Below, piece after piece: positions 1 through 9,701 of a stretch of 64,000 nucleotides of DNA. The notes beneath the pieces are model-generated. The model worked only from the letters and a program-made list of their open reading frames with translations, made no database searches and was not told where the DNA came from. Source of the DNA: Moraxellaceae bacterium (GTDB lineage Bacteria > Pseudomonadota > Gammaproteobacteria > Pseudomonadales > Moraxellaceae). How positions within the stretch are numbered: the stretch's first letter is position 1; the number at the start of each line of letters is the position of its first letter. A program made the translations under genes and the position numbers. The DNA lies in contig JBHAEG010000067.1 in NCBI GenBank assembly GCA_041855445.1, positions 283-64,282 of the forward strand, in the 5' to 3' direction.

Positions 1-573
1 TATTTGTTGGTGTCGTGGATTGGCTTATTGTGTGTGGTATCATTGAGCTTTCGCCGAAATCTTGAGGGAAATGGTCTTGGTTTAGTTGCAACAGCAGGCG
101 AAGTGGTTGTTCAAGGTACTTCTGGAGCAGTTGGACTGATGTTAGCACCAACGTTTAATTTTTTTACTCATATATATGGTATCTTTTACTGGGCAAAAAA
201 TACAGATGGTGATGGAAATATGATACCAAAGTCGGCAACGGTTTTGGTGTGGTTAATTACTTTTGTGTTTATTGTAGTGGGTTTGTTTTTTTTTCCATTT
301 ATTAATAATAAGTTAGAACAGTTAGGCTTTTTACCTAGTACTGATAGTAATTTTTATTGGTTTAATGTGATGGCGTTTGTGGTAGCGATTACCGCTCAGG
401 TGATGATGATTTTGCGTTATTCATTGAGCTGGTGGCTTTGGATTATGAGTAATATGATATGGTTAGTGGTAAATTTAATGTCAGCAAACTATATTTTTGC
501 TATTCAGACAGTTATTTATCAAATTAATGCTATTATTGGATTGTATGCTTGGTATCGAAGCGAACAGATATAG
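1..573 (+). CDS. PnuC-like nicotinamide riboside/vitamin transporter, 5' end outside window
   Basis: Multi-TM protein with C-terminal 'AQVMMILRY...WWLWIMSN...INAIIGLYAW' pattern typical of PnuC family; frame open from base 1. Confidence 0.7.
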   Translation, partial: YLLVSWIGLLCVVSLSFRRNLEGNGLGLVATAGEVVVQGTSGAVGLMLAPTFNFFTHIYGIFYWAKNTDGDGNMIPKSATVLVWLITFVFIVVGLFFFPFINNKLEQLGFLPSTDSNFYWFNVMAFVVAITAQVMMILRYSLSWWLWIMSNMIWLVVNLMSANYIFAIQTVIYQINAIIGLYAWYRSEQI

Positions 574-818
574 TGGATAACGATTGAAAAGAATGTATCT
601 TTCTGTTAGCATATTGTGCATTATGTAGTCATATTTAGCAAATAGGTAAGCATAACCAGTAAGTTAGCTAAAGCTTTTTATCTTATAGTTTTTCTTATCA
701 TATTTCTAATAATTGCTATCAAAATGTAATTTGGTTAGGCGTTACCATTTTATCAATAAAGTTTTCTATACGCTCAATAAAAAACGCCAATGTTCTTTCC
801 ACCAAAGGCAATTACCCT

Positions 819-1604
819 ATGGCAGAAACGGTCGTAAATCAAGGTTTTTTTAATCGGTTATGGCAAGGTTTTTTAAAAACTGTTGGCACAAAAGAATTTT
901 ATCGGATTTTTGCACCATGGGTGAAATGGCTTGCTTTAATTGCTACGGTTTTGTTAGTTGTTGGTAGTATTTGGGGACTGGCTTTTGCACCGCCTGATTA
1001 TTTACAAGGTAACAGCTATCGTATTATCTTTATTCATGTTCCTACCGCTAGTATTGCAATGTCAATCTATTTTGGCTTGGCTGTTCTGGGTGTGATTTAT
1101 CTGGTTTGGAAAATTAAAACGGCAAGTCTTGTTGCTCAGGCACTTGCTCCTATTGGTTTTGTTTTATGTGTGTTAAGTTTATTGACGGGGTCAATTTGGG
1201 CAAAACCGACATGGGGAACGTTTTGGGTTTGGGACGCTCGGCTAACTTCTATGTTGATTTTAGCGTTTTTATATGCAGGGGTCATTGCGTTATTTATTGC
1301 TTTTGAACATACTGCGAGTCGAGGTAAGGCTGCCGCAATTTTATCCATTGTTGGGGTGATAAATTTGCCAATCATTAAATATTCAGTTGAGTGGTGGAAT
1401 ACATTACATCAAGGTTCTACATTTTCGGTGACTGAACGTCCTAAAATGCCTCCCGATATGTATTTACCATTGTTGATGATGATTTTAGGTATGTATTTTT
1501 TAGTGATGGCATTAACAATTTATCGTACGAATACCCTAATTTTACAGCGAGAAAGTAATAAACAATGGGTTATTGATATTTGTAAAAAGCAAGCAAATTC
1601 ATAA
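819..1604 (+). CDS. ccmC: Heme ABC transporter permease CcmC
   Basis: WWD-domain motif TGSIWAKPTWGTFWVWDARLT; IIFIHVP; WWNTLHQ. Confidence 0.95.
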   Translation: MAETVVNQGFFNRLWQGFLKTVGTKEFYRIFAPWVKWLALIATVLLVVGSIWGLAFAPPDYLQGNSYRIIFIHVPTASIAMSIYFGLAVLGVIYLVWKIKTASLVAQALAPIGFVLCVLSLLTGSIWAKPTWGTFWVWDARLTSMLILAFLYAGVIALFIAFEHTASRGKAAAILSIVGVINLPIIKYSVEWWNTLHQGSTFSVTERPKMPPDMYLPLLMMILGMYFLVMALTIYRTNTLILQRESNKQWVIDICKKQANS

Positions 1605-1611
1605 GTTGAGA

Positions 1612-1818
1612 ATGATGATGCAACCTTATTTTCAAAATTTTGCCGATTTTATTCAGATGGGCGGGCATGGTGCTTATGTCTGGGCAAGTTGGGGAATTAC
1701 CATAATATGTTTGTTAGTTTTGATTTTTTATAGCCGAAATCAACGCAAAACAATCTATCATCAAATTCGTACACAACAAGCTCGTGAAAAACAGCGTCAG
1801 GAACGCCAGCGTTCTTAA
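1612..1818 (+). CDS. ccmD: Heme exporter protein CcmD
   Basis: F..F..MGGHGAYVWASWG single TM with basic tail, between ccmC and ccmE; ATG at 1612. Confidence 0.88.
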   Translation: MMMQPYFQNFADFIQMGGHGAYVWASWGITIICLLVLIFYSRNQRKTIYHQIRTQQAREKQRQERQRS

Positions 1819-1890
1819 AATCATGTTATAATTGTTTTGATATATACCAAGCAACATTCATTGAACAATATACGCAAAAAAGGTTTTATC

Positions 1891-2376
1891 ATGAATGCAG
1901 TTAGGCAAAAAAAATTAATGTGGGTATTTGCAACACTGATTGGGGCAATTATCGCAGTAGCATGTGTCATTTATGCCATTGGGCAAGAGACGGATTATTA
2001 TTTTGATGCGACCGCAATTAGTGAGGGTAAAGCTCCGCAAGAAACTCGTATTCGGGCAGGTGGTATGGTTGTGCGTGGTAGTGTTGAACGTGACCAAACC
2101 AATCCATTAAATGTTAAGTTTCAAATTACTGATTTTAAAGCAACAATACCTGTCGTTTATCAAGGGATTTTACCTGATTTATTTGCTGAAGGTTCTGGCA
2201 TTGTGGCAACAGGTGAAATGCAAGGTTCAACATTTATGGCTAGTGAAGTGTTAGCAAAACATGATGAAAATTATATGCCTCCTGAAGTTGCTAAATCTTT
2301 AAAAGAAGACCATAAAAATCGTGGTACTGATGTGAATTCTGGACAATTTATCCCTGCAGAAAAAGTGACAAATTAA
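1891..2376 (+). CDS. ccmE: Cytochrome c maturation heme chaperone CcmE
   Basis: [25 protein letters not shown] heme-binding motif; ATG at 1891. Confidence 0.95.
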   Translation: MNAVRQKKLMWVFATLIGAIIAVACVIYAIGQETDYYFDATAISEGKAPQETRIRAGGMVVRGSVERDQTNPLNVKFQITDFKATIPVVYQGILPDLFAEGSGIVATGEMQGSTFMASEVLAKHDENYMPPEVAKSLKEDHKNRGTDVNSGQFIPAEKVTN

Positions 2377-2390
2377 TTTAATTTTTATAA

Positions 2391-2420
2391 AAAAAGGTTA
2401 GATAATTATCTAACCTTTTT
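2391..2420. terminator. Bidirectional intrinsic terminator between ccmE and metQ
   Basis: Perfect 30-bp palindrome aaaaaggttagataattatctaaccttttt between convergent genes. Confidence 0.85.
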
Positions 2421-2438
2421 CTTTGTAGTCAGCAAAAA

Positions 2439-3458
2439 TTATTGTTTTTTCTCGGCTGGCTTTTCTTCACCCACTTCAGCTGTTGCAGTTGCGCCATCGG
2501 CAGTGGTAGAAATAGTTTGTGGTTTTGCTTCAGGTTGTGGTTGATTTTCGTTCCAAATTGCTGGGTATTTATATCCAGGAAAGGTTTCATGAGCATATTT
2601 TTTGAACTCTTCTGAATTATAAGCATTTGTTACGTCTTTAACCCATTGAGCATCTTTGTCTTTAGCACGAATGGCTGACCAGTTTACATAGGCAAAGCTA
2701 GGCTCTTGAAATAGTGCATCAGTTAATTTCATGCCTGAGCTGGTTGCATAGTTACCATTAACGACAGCAAAATCAACATCTGCTCTAGCTCGTGGCAATT
2801 GGGCAGCCTCTAACTCAACAATTTTGATATTTTTTGGATTTTCTGCAATATCTTGTTTTGATGCGGTCAGTGGGTCAATGTTATCTTTTAATTTTACCCA
2901 ACCTAATTCATTTAACATCACTAATGCACGGGCAAAGTTACTTGGGTCATTTGGAGTAGCGACAGTTGAACCATCTTTTACTTGGTCAAGAGAAGTTGCT
3001 TTGCCTGCATAAATGCCTAATGGTGCAGTTGGCACTTGGAAAACTTCAATTAAATCAAGATTGTGCTGTTTTTTAAAGTCATCTAAATATGGCTTATGTT
3101 GAAATACGTTAATATCAATATCACCACTGGCTAATGCCTGATTTGGACGAACATAGTCAGAAAATGGTACAAGTTTAACTTTGTAACCTAATTTTTCTAA
3201 TTGAGGTTTAACAGAGTTTTTAACCATATCTTCAAAATCACCCACAGTTGTACCAATAACGATTTCAGGTTTATTTGGGTCAATGGTAGGTTTTGGAGCT
3301 TCAGCCGTAGTCTTTTCCGCAGGGGCAGTTGTTTCCGTGCTTGGGGCAGTTTCTGCGGGTTTTTGTTCAGGTTTTGAACAACCAACTAAAGCTAAGCCTG
3401 CAATGCCAACCGTTGCAATTATTTGGGCTAATGAGTGTGAAAGTTGAGAAATTTTCAT
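2439..3458 (-). CDS. metQ: MetQ/NlpA-family methionine ABC transporter substrate-binding lipoprotein
   Basis: Lipobox LVGC; FSDYVRPNQAL..GDIDINVFQHKPYL; PNDPSNFARAL; start MKISQ at 3458. Confidence 0.88.
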   Translation of the reverse strand: MKISQLSHSLAQIIATVGIAGLALVGCSKPEQKPAETAPSTETTAPAEKTTAEAPKPTIDPNKPEIVIGTTVGDFEDMVKNSVKPQLEKLGYKVKLVPFSDYVRPNQALASGDIDINVFQHKPYLDDFKKQHNLDLIEVFQVPTAPLGIYAGKATSLDQVKDGSTVATPNDPSNFARALVMLNELGWVKLKDNIDPLTASKQDIAENPKNIKIVELEAAQLPRARADVDFAVVNGNYATSSGMKLTDALFQEPSFAYVNWSAIRAKDKDAQWVKDVTNAYNSEEFKKYAHETFPGYKYPAIWNENQPQPEAKPQTISTTADGATATAEVGEEKPAEKKQ

Positions 3459-3644
3459 GTTACAAATCCTACAAAAAATAATATTTGCATACTTTATCAT
3501 AGTTTTTTACAAAAATCGCCGTAAAACGTAACCGTTCACAATGGATATACAAGGTGATAATTATTTGCTACATTTGTAAACTATCGTTATATAACTAAAT
3601 AATATTTAGCATTTTATTAACAAATATCTTTTCATAGGTTTTAC

Positions 3645-4256
3645 TTAATAGTTCAATTTTGCTAAAGATAAGTAGTGTTGGTGTAACGGCTCAAGCTGTG
3701 CATGTAGTTCTGTTAGACTGCCATTATTATCAACCACATCATCAGCTTGTTGTACACGGGCTTGACGTGATAGCTGATTATCCATGATGTTTTTGATGCG
3801 TTCTGGATTTTGTCCATCTCGTTGGCTTGCTCGTTCAAGCTGTAATGTTTCACTACTATCTACCACTAAAATACGCTGACATAAGTTTGCTAATCCTGCT
3901 TCGGAGGCTTCTAATAATAGTGGAGCGACTAAAATGACGTAGTTTGAGGTAGTTTGAGATAGTTGTTCTTTGGCTTTGGCACGAATGGCAGGGTGAGTGA
4001 TTTGTTCTAGGTCAATTAATGCTTGTGGTCGTTTAAATACATATTCTCGTAAGGCTCGGCGGTCAAGTTCGCCTGTGGCTGTTAGTACCCAATCACCAAA
4101 TTTTTCAACGATTTTTTTTAAAGTTGTAGAACCAGCTTGAACAATTTCATGAGAGATAACATCAGCATCAATGACATCAATGCCTTGTTGATGAAACCAA
4201 TGGCTAACTTGTGATTTACCACTACCAATACCGCCTGTTAAACCAACGACAAACAT
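3645..4256 (-). CDS. coaE: Dephospho-CoA kinase
   Basis: VGLTGGIGSGKS Walker A, IDAD, LEQITHP; follows pilD; start MFVVG at 4256. Confidence 0.95.
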   Translation of the reverse strand: MFVVGLTGGIGSGKSQVSHWFHQQGIDVIDADVISHEIVQAGSTTLKKIVEKFGDWVLTATGELDRRALREYVFKRPQALIDLEQITHPAIRAKAKEQLSQTTSNYVILVAPLLLEASEAGLANLCQRILVVDSSETLQLERASQRDGQNPERIKNIMDNQLSRQARVQQADDVVDNNGSLTELHAQLEPLHQHYLSLAKLNY

Positions 4257-4281
4257 TATTTTTTCCTTATATAGTAAATAT

Positions 4282-5154
4282 TTAAGATGGTAAGTACCAT
4301 TGCAAAATGTCATGACCATATAACAAAGCGACCATGCCTGCAATCGCAATATATGGACCAAATGCAAAAGGTTTACTTTCACCAGATTGTTTGATTAGTA
4401 TAACACCAACGATAGTTCCAATCACGGACGATAACAAAATAATTAATGGCAACATCATTGGACCAAGCCATGCCCCTAAACCTGCCAATAATTTAAAGTC
4501 ACCATAGCCCATGCCTTCTTTACCTGTAATTAATAAAAATAATTGATAAACTACCCATAGACATAAAAAACCAATCACATAACCCCAAATGGCTTGGGTG
4601 GGTGATACGAATAAAGATTGCGTATTGACCAACAGTCCTAATCCTGCGAGTGGTAATGTAAAACGGTCTGGCAATAATTGTTTATCAAAATCAATACCTG
4701 TTAGAGCAATTAATACCCATGTTAAAATTAAAGCTGAGCCACCTTTTAATGTCACGCCAAATTTTACAATCACTAATACGGATAATATCGCAGTAATGAT
4801 TTCAACCAAAGGGTAGCGAAAACTAATAGGTGTGCCACAGTCGCTACATTTTCCCCGTAATAAAATCAGCCAACTAATAACAGGAATGTTTTCATACCAA
4901 CGAATAAAATGTCCACAATGGGGACAACGTGAGGCAGGACGGCTTAGTGTAATTGCTGGCTCAGGTTCAATGTGTTGATTAGGGTTTAATAAACATTGGC
5001 ATTCATGTAACCATTGCTGTTCTAGCATCAATGGTGTACGGTAAATGACAACGTTTAAAAAACTACCCACACATAATCCTAAAATCGCAAAAACGATAAT
5101 AGCAGTCATTTCTGACTGCTGTAGTAATAATAAAAAATCGTTGAATAAACTCAT
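4282..5154 (-). CDS. pilD: Prepilin peptidase/N-methyltransferase PilD
   Basis: GSFLNVVIYR, CPHC/CSDC Zn motifs, IDFDKQLLPD, GMGYGDFKL, FGPY. Confidence 0.96.
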   Translation of the reverse strand: MSLFNDFLLLLQQSEMTAIIVFAILGLCVGSFLNVVIYRTPLMLEQQWLHECQCLLNPNQHIEPEPAITLSRPASRCPHCGHFIRWYENIPVISWLILLRGKCSDCGTPISFRYPLVEIITAILSVLVIVKFGVTLKGGSALILTWVLIALTGIDFDKQLLPDRFTLPLAGLGLLVNTQSLFVSPTQAIWGYVIGFLCLWVVYQLFLLITGKEGMGYGDFKLLAGLGAWLGPMMLPLIILLSSVIGTIVGVILIKQSGESKPFAFGPYIAIAGMVALLYGHDILQWYLPS

Positions 5155-6377
5155 TAACCTACTACCTGACCCATTTGGAAAATTGGTAAATACATGGCAA
5201 TGACCATACCACCGACTAAAATACCTAAAATTGCCATAATTAGCGGTTCCATTAAGCTAGTTAAACCATCAATTGCGTTATCCACTTCATTTTCATAGTA
5301 AGTTGCAACTTTATCTAGCATCTCTTCTAAACTACCTGCCTCTTCACCAATTCCCACCATTTGAATAGCCATACTGGGGAATAGGTTGGTTGAACGCATG
5401 GCAAATTGTAACTGTTGTCCAGTCGCAACATCTTCTTTAATTTTTTGTGTAGCATTGTAATAAACAACATTGTTGGTTGCACCAGCAGTTGAATCTAACG
5501 CATCAATCAATGGCACACCTGCGGCAAATGTGGTAGACAGTGTTCGGGCAAAGCGGGCAATGACTGCTTGATAAGCAATGTTTCCAAAAATTGGCATTTT
5601 TAATGATAGACGGTCTAAAAAATCACGAAATTTTTTACTACGTTTATGAGCTTCTGAAAAACCGACCACAGTAGCTCCAATACCAATAATTAAAATAAAC
5701 CACCATTGTTTCATCCATTCTGACATATTGACAATCATTTGCGTGAAAGCAGGTAATTCAGCACCAAATGAACTAAATAATTCAGCAAATACAGGTACGA
5801 CTTTAACTAACAAAATAATCGTAACAATAATTGCGACAACAATAACTGCAATTGGATATTTTAAAGCTTTTTTAATTTTAGCTTTCAGTAATTCGCTTTT
5901 TTCTTTATAGGTCGCAACACGGTCTAACATCGTTTCTAATGCACCTGCCTGTTCACCAGCCTCAACCAAAGAACAAAACAAATCATCAAAATAACGTGGA
6001 TGTTTTTTTAATGCACTAGCAAATGTACTACCAGCTTCAATATCTGCTTTGATTTTTAAAACCAAATCTTTCATGGAAGGATTTTCTAATGAATCTGCCA
6101 CAATTTCAAACGATTGAGTTAAAGGCACGCCAGCTTTCATCATGGTCGCTAATTGTCGAACAAAAATTGCAATATCAATAGGTTTAATGGACTGTTTCAT
6201 CTGAAACAGTGGTTTAGGCTTTTTTCTAATGTTATTAACTTGAATGCCTTGTTTGCGTAATTGGGCTTTTGCCAACTCTAAACTACGACTGGTCGTTTCG
6301 CCTTTAACTTTTTCACCTTTTCGGTTAGTGCCATCATAGACAAAGTCCATGAGCATTTCAGTTTGTACTTTTGCCAT
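5154..6377 (-). CDS. pilC: Type IV pilus inner-membrane platform protein PilC (T2SS F family)
   Basis: RQLATMMKAGVPL, AGEQAGALETML, VGIGEEAGSLEEML, AMYLPIF. Confidence 0.96.
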   Translation of the reverse strand: MAKVQTEMLMDFVYDGTNRKGEKVKGETTSRSLELAKAQLRKQGIQVNNIRKKPKPLFQMKQSIKPIDIAIFVRQLATMMKAGVPLTQSFEIVADSLENPSMKDLVLKIKADIEAGSTFASALKKHPRYFDDLFCSLVEAGEQAGALETMLDRVATYKEKSELLKAKIKKALKYPIAVIVVAIIVTIILLVKVVPVFAELFSSFGAELPAFTQMIVNMSEWMKQWWFILIIGIGATVVGFSEAHKRSKKFRDFLDRLSLKMPIFGNIAYQAVIARFARTLSTTFAAGVPLIDALDSTAGATNNVVYYNATQKIKEDVATGQQLQFAMRSTNLFPSMAIQMVGIGEEAGSLEEMLDKVATYYENEVDNAIDGLTSLMEPLIMAILGILVGGMVIAMYLPIFQMGQVVG

Positions 6378-6421
6378 AATGAATTTCCTCTAAATATATC
6401 TTGAATTTTTTAATCAAAAAA

Positions 6422-8131
6422 TTATTCACTAGTTACCCGATACATTTCTTGAATACTAGTCACCCCTTGTAAAACTTTCATGATGCCAGAACGCCGTAAA
6501 TCTCGATAACCTGTTTTTAATGCGGCATCTTTAATTTGAATGGCATTGCCATCTTCCATAATAATTCGTGAAATATCAGGGGTAATTTTCATCACTTCAT
6601 AAATCCCAACCCGTCCTTTATAACCTTCTCGACATTCAGAACAGCCCACAGGCTCATAAATAACATTATCAGGATTGGCTAAATCTTCTTCGGTAAAGCC
6701 CATTTGTAGTAGGCTTGGTTTTGGAATATCAGCGGGTTTTTTGCAGTTTTTACATAAACGGCGGGCAAGTCGTTGAGCGATAACCAAGTTTACTGATGTA
6801 GCAATATTAAATGAAGCAACACCCATATTACGTAAACGAGTTAAAGTTTCTGGAGCAGAGTTAGTATGTAATGTTGATAATACCATATGCCCAGTTTGTG
6901 CCGCTTTAATTGCAATTTCTGCCGTTTCTAAATCACGAATTTCCCCCACCATCACCACATCAGGGTCTTGGCGTAAAAATGACTTTAATGCACTAGCGAA
7001 AGTTAAACCAACTTTAGGATTAACGTTTACCTGATTAATTCCTTCAAGGTTAATCTCAACAGGGTCTTCTGCGGTAGAAATATTGGTTTCTGTCGTATTT
7101 AAAATATTTAAACCTGTATATAAAGATACGGTTTTACCAGAACCTGTCGGACCTGTGATTAACAACATACCTTGTGGTTTTTCTAATGCTTCTAAAAACC
7201 ATGCCTTTTGGTCAGGCTCATACCCTAAGGCATCAATGCCTAGCATTGCTGAAGATGGGTCTAAAATACGCAATACGATTTTTTCCCCGAATAAAGTTGG
7301 CAACGAGTTTACACGAAAATCGATAGCTTTATCTTTAGAGATTTTTAATTTAATCCGTCCATCTTGAGGAACACGCCTTTCGGAAATATCCATTTGTGAC
7401 ATGACCTTTAAACGGGCTGCCAATTTTCCTGCCAATTGAATGGGCGGGGTTGCAATTTTTTGTAACACACCATCAATCCGAAATCGTACCCGATAACTTT
7501 TTTCATAGGGTTCAAAATGTAAATCCGACGCCCCCATGGTAATGGCTTTAATTAACATACTATTGACAAATTTCACGACAGGAGCATCTTCGGTGCCATT
7601 ATCTAGTTTAGTTTCATTGTCATCATCTTTATCATGGTGTTCATTACCAAAATTAACATCGTCAAAGTTGCCAAAATCTTGTAATGAAGAAGAGGTAAAA
7701 AGCTTTTCAATGGTTGCTTTGATTTTATTTTCTTCAGCAACCAAAGTTTCAACAGTTAAACGTGTATTAAATTTCAACGCATCTAACGCATCGGCACGAG
7801 TTGGGTCACTCATGGCAACAAATAAACGATTACCCCGCTGAAAAATTGGTAAAATATTAAATTCACGAATGACTTTTTCATCAACGGCATTTTTAGGAAT
7901 GTCACTAATCGCAATTGCGTCCAAATCAAGCAAAGGGTCACCAAATTCCCGAGCGACTAACCATGCCACTTTATCAGAACGTGCCATTTTATTTTCTATC
8001 AAATAGGCAATCAAATTGACTTTTTGCTGTTGCGATTCAGTCAATGCCTTTTGCATGGCTTGCTCGGTGACGATACCTTCTTGTACTAGGCGTAACGCAA
8101 TGCCACCAAAACTAGGAAATGAGGCTGACAT
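6422..8131 (-). CDS. pilB: Type IV-A pilus assembly ATPase PilB
   Basis: ASDLHFEP, RFRIDG, GPTGSGKT, EDPVE, LRQDPD, GEIRD, TLHTN, CxxC..CxxC; start MSASF at 8131. Confidence 0.96.
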   Translation of the reverse strand: MSASFPSFGGIALRLVQEGIVTEQAMQKALTESQQQKVNLIAYLIENKMARSDKVAWLVAREFGDPLLDLDAIAISDIPKNAVDEKVIREFNILPIFQRGNRLFVAMSDPTRADALDALKFNTRLTVETLVAEENKIKATIEKLFTSSSLQDFGNFDDVNFGNEHHDKDDDNETKLDNGTEDAPVVKFVNSMLIKAITMGASDLHFEPYEKSYRVRFRIDGVLQKIATPPIQLAGKLAARLKVMSQMDISERRVPQDGRIKLKISKDKAIDFRVNSLPTLFGEKIVLRILDPSSAMLGIDALGYEPDQKAWFLEALEKPQGMLLITGPTGSGKTVSLYTGLNILNTTETNISTAEDPVEINLEGINQVNVNPKVGLTFASALKSFLRQDPDVVMVGEIRDLETAEIAIKAAQTGHMVLSTLHTNSAPETLTRLRNMGVASFNIATSVNLVIAQRLARRLCKNCKKPADIPKPSLLQMGFTEEDLANPDNVIYEPVGCSECREGYKGRVGIYEVMKITPDISRIIMEDGNAIQIKDAALKTGYRDLRRSGIMKVLQGVTSIQEMYRVTSE

Positions 8132-8389
8132 AATAAATCTTATCCTATAACTGATATATGCTTTATCTAATATCGAATTAGTGGCGTTAGTGTAAACCAA
8201 CTGTGAATAGAAAAACAAAACAATACAGATAAAGCTATTAAATAGACGATAAAAATAGTTTTATAAGGTTTTTTACAGTTTCTTTGTTTTCGATGGACAA
8301 ATTAGAGTAAAATAATTAGGGTCTGTTGTGATACTTTTACAATAAACGTGCCAATTTTTCTTAATCAAATAATGAAAAGGAATAAACTG

Positions 8390-9175
8390 ATGACGACTAT
8401 TGCAAAAAAATGGGTAGTGGCAAACTGGAAAATGAACCCTGTAACGACTACTGCCGTTGATGACTTATTAAACTCTTTTAATGAAAAAATTAATCAATCT
8501 AAAGGCGTTTTGCCAAACTTAATGTTAGCACCAAGTTTTTTACATCTTGCTCAAGTTCTTCATTGGCAACAACAAAACCAATCATCAATATTGCTTGCCT
8601 CACAAAATGTTTGTGGTCTAAATAGTTCACATGGGGCGTTTACAGGGGAAGTATCTGCTCAACAATTAAAAGATTTACAAATCAATAGTGTAATTATTGG
8701 GCATTCAGAACGCCGTCAATATTTTTATGAAAATAATGATTGTTTAACCGCAAAAATTCAATGTTGTTTAGATGCTGGACTAAATGTTTTATTATGTGTG
8801 GGAGAAACAGCTGAACAATATGAAAATCAACAAACTCAACAAGTTATTCAACAGCAATTATCAATTTTACAGCCATTTTCTGACAAAGACTTAAATAATC
8901 ATTTAATTATTGCTTATGAGCCTGTTTGGGCAATTGGAACGGGAAAAGTGCCAACGGTCGCAGAAGTAACTGCTGTTCACGAATATATTTTACAAATTTT
9001 ACAAAGTTATAACACAACATTGGTAAATACACCTGTGCTATATGGCGGTAGTGTAAATGCTGGAAATGCTTCAGAATTTTCCCAAAGCCCTGTAGTGTCT
9101 GGTGTGTTAGTGGGTGGTGCATCGTTAAATGCTGAGAGTTTTTGGCAAATTATTCACGCTTTTAGTGAAAAATAG
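8390..9175 (+). CDS. tpiA: Triosephosphate isomerase
   Basis: ANWKMN, IGHSERR, AYEPVWAIGTG, LYGGSV, LVGGASL. Confidence 0.96.
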   Translation: MTTIAKKWVVANWKMNPVTTTAVDDLLNSFNEKINQSKGVLPNLMLAPSFLHLAQVLHWQQQNQSSILLASQNVCGLNSSHGAFTGEVSAQQLKDLQINSVIIGHSERRQYFYENNDCLTAKIQCCLDAGLNVLLCVGETAEQYENQQTQQVIQQQLSILQPFSDKDLNNHLIIAYEPVWAIGTGKVPTVAEVTAVHEYILQILQSYNTTLVNTPVLYGGSVNAGNASEFSQSPVVSGVLVGGASLNAESFWQIIHAFSEK

Positions 9176-9212
9176 GTTAAAATAATTCTTTATCATTTAT
9201 ATTGAGAAATTT

Positions 9213-9509
9213 ATGTACACAACAATTTTAGCTATTCATATCATTGTTGCAATTAGTATGACGGGGCTGATTTTAGTACAGCATGGTAAAGGTGCAGATG
9301 CTGGGGCATCATTTGGGGCAGGGGCTTCGGGTACGGTGTTTGGAGCGGCTGGTTCGGCAAATTTTCTGACTCGGACAACGGCTGTTTTGACAGCTATCTT
9401 TTTTGTTACTAGTTTAACATTAGCTGTTTTTGCAAAACAGCAGGCAGAAGATAGTCATAAACTAGATATTGCACCAACGCCAACCACGTTGCCTAGCTCT
9501 ACTAATTAA
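9213..9509 (+). CDS. secG: Preprotein translocase subunit SecG
   Basis: LVQHGKGADAGASFGAGASGTVFG, NFLTRTTAVL; follows tpiA. Confidence 0.95.
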   Translation: MYTTILAIHIIVAISMTGLILVQHGKGADAGASFGAGASGTVFGAAGSANFLTRTTAVLTAIFFVTSLTLAVFAKQQAEDSHKLDIAPTPTTLPSSTN

Positions 9510-9600
9510 TAAAAAAACTTGCTATTTTTTGCGTTGCTGGTTACAATTCGCTGGTTGTATCTAAAGTGATATGACAGTAAGCAAAAAATAGTATCAATTT

Positions 9601-9684
9601 GCGATTGTGGTGGAATTGGTAGACACGCTATCTTGAGGGGGTAGTGCCATTGGCGTGAGGGTTCGAGTCCCTCCAATCGCACCA
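9601..9684 (+). tRNA. tRNA-Leu (anticodon GAG), CCA encoded
   Basis: Acceptor stem GCGATTG/CAATCGC+ACCA, D-loop TGGAATTGGTAGACAC, anticodon arm CTATC-TTGAGGG-GGTAG, long variable arm, GGTTCGAGTCC; canonical position after secG. Confidence 0.95.
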
Positions 9685-9701
9685 ATTTTTTAAAATTCTT
9701 T

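Noticed and set aside
604-631. dif-like sequence (TTAGCATAT-TGTGCA-TTATGTAGTCA)
   Set aside because: The XerD arm deviates from the strongly conserved TTATGTTAAAT after six bases and the XerC arm lacks the CATAA core; likely chance in AT-rich DNA
4257-4382. N-terminal extensions in the ORF track for coaE (also pilB, serA, ackA, lysA, pyrE, trhP)
   Set aside because: Homology begins at downstream ATGs; the extensions overlap neighbours or AT-rich promoter DNA
7950-8131. c-di-GMP-binding MshEN motif at the PilB N-terminus
   Set aside because: The helical pattern is similar but the RLG and key LxxQ positions are not conserved
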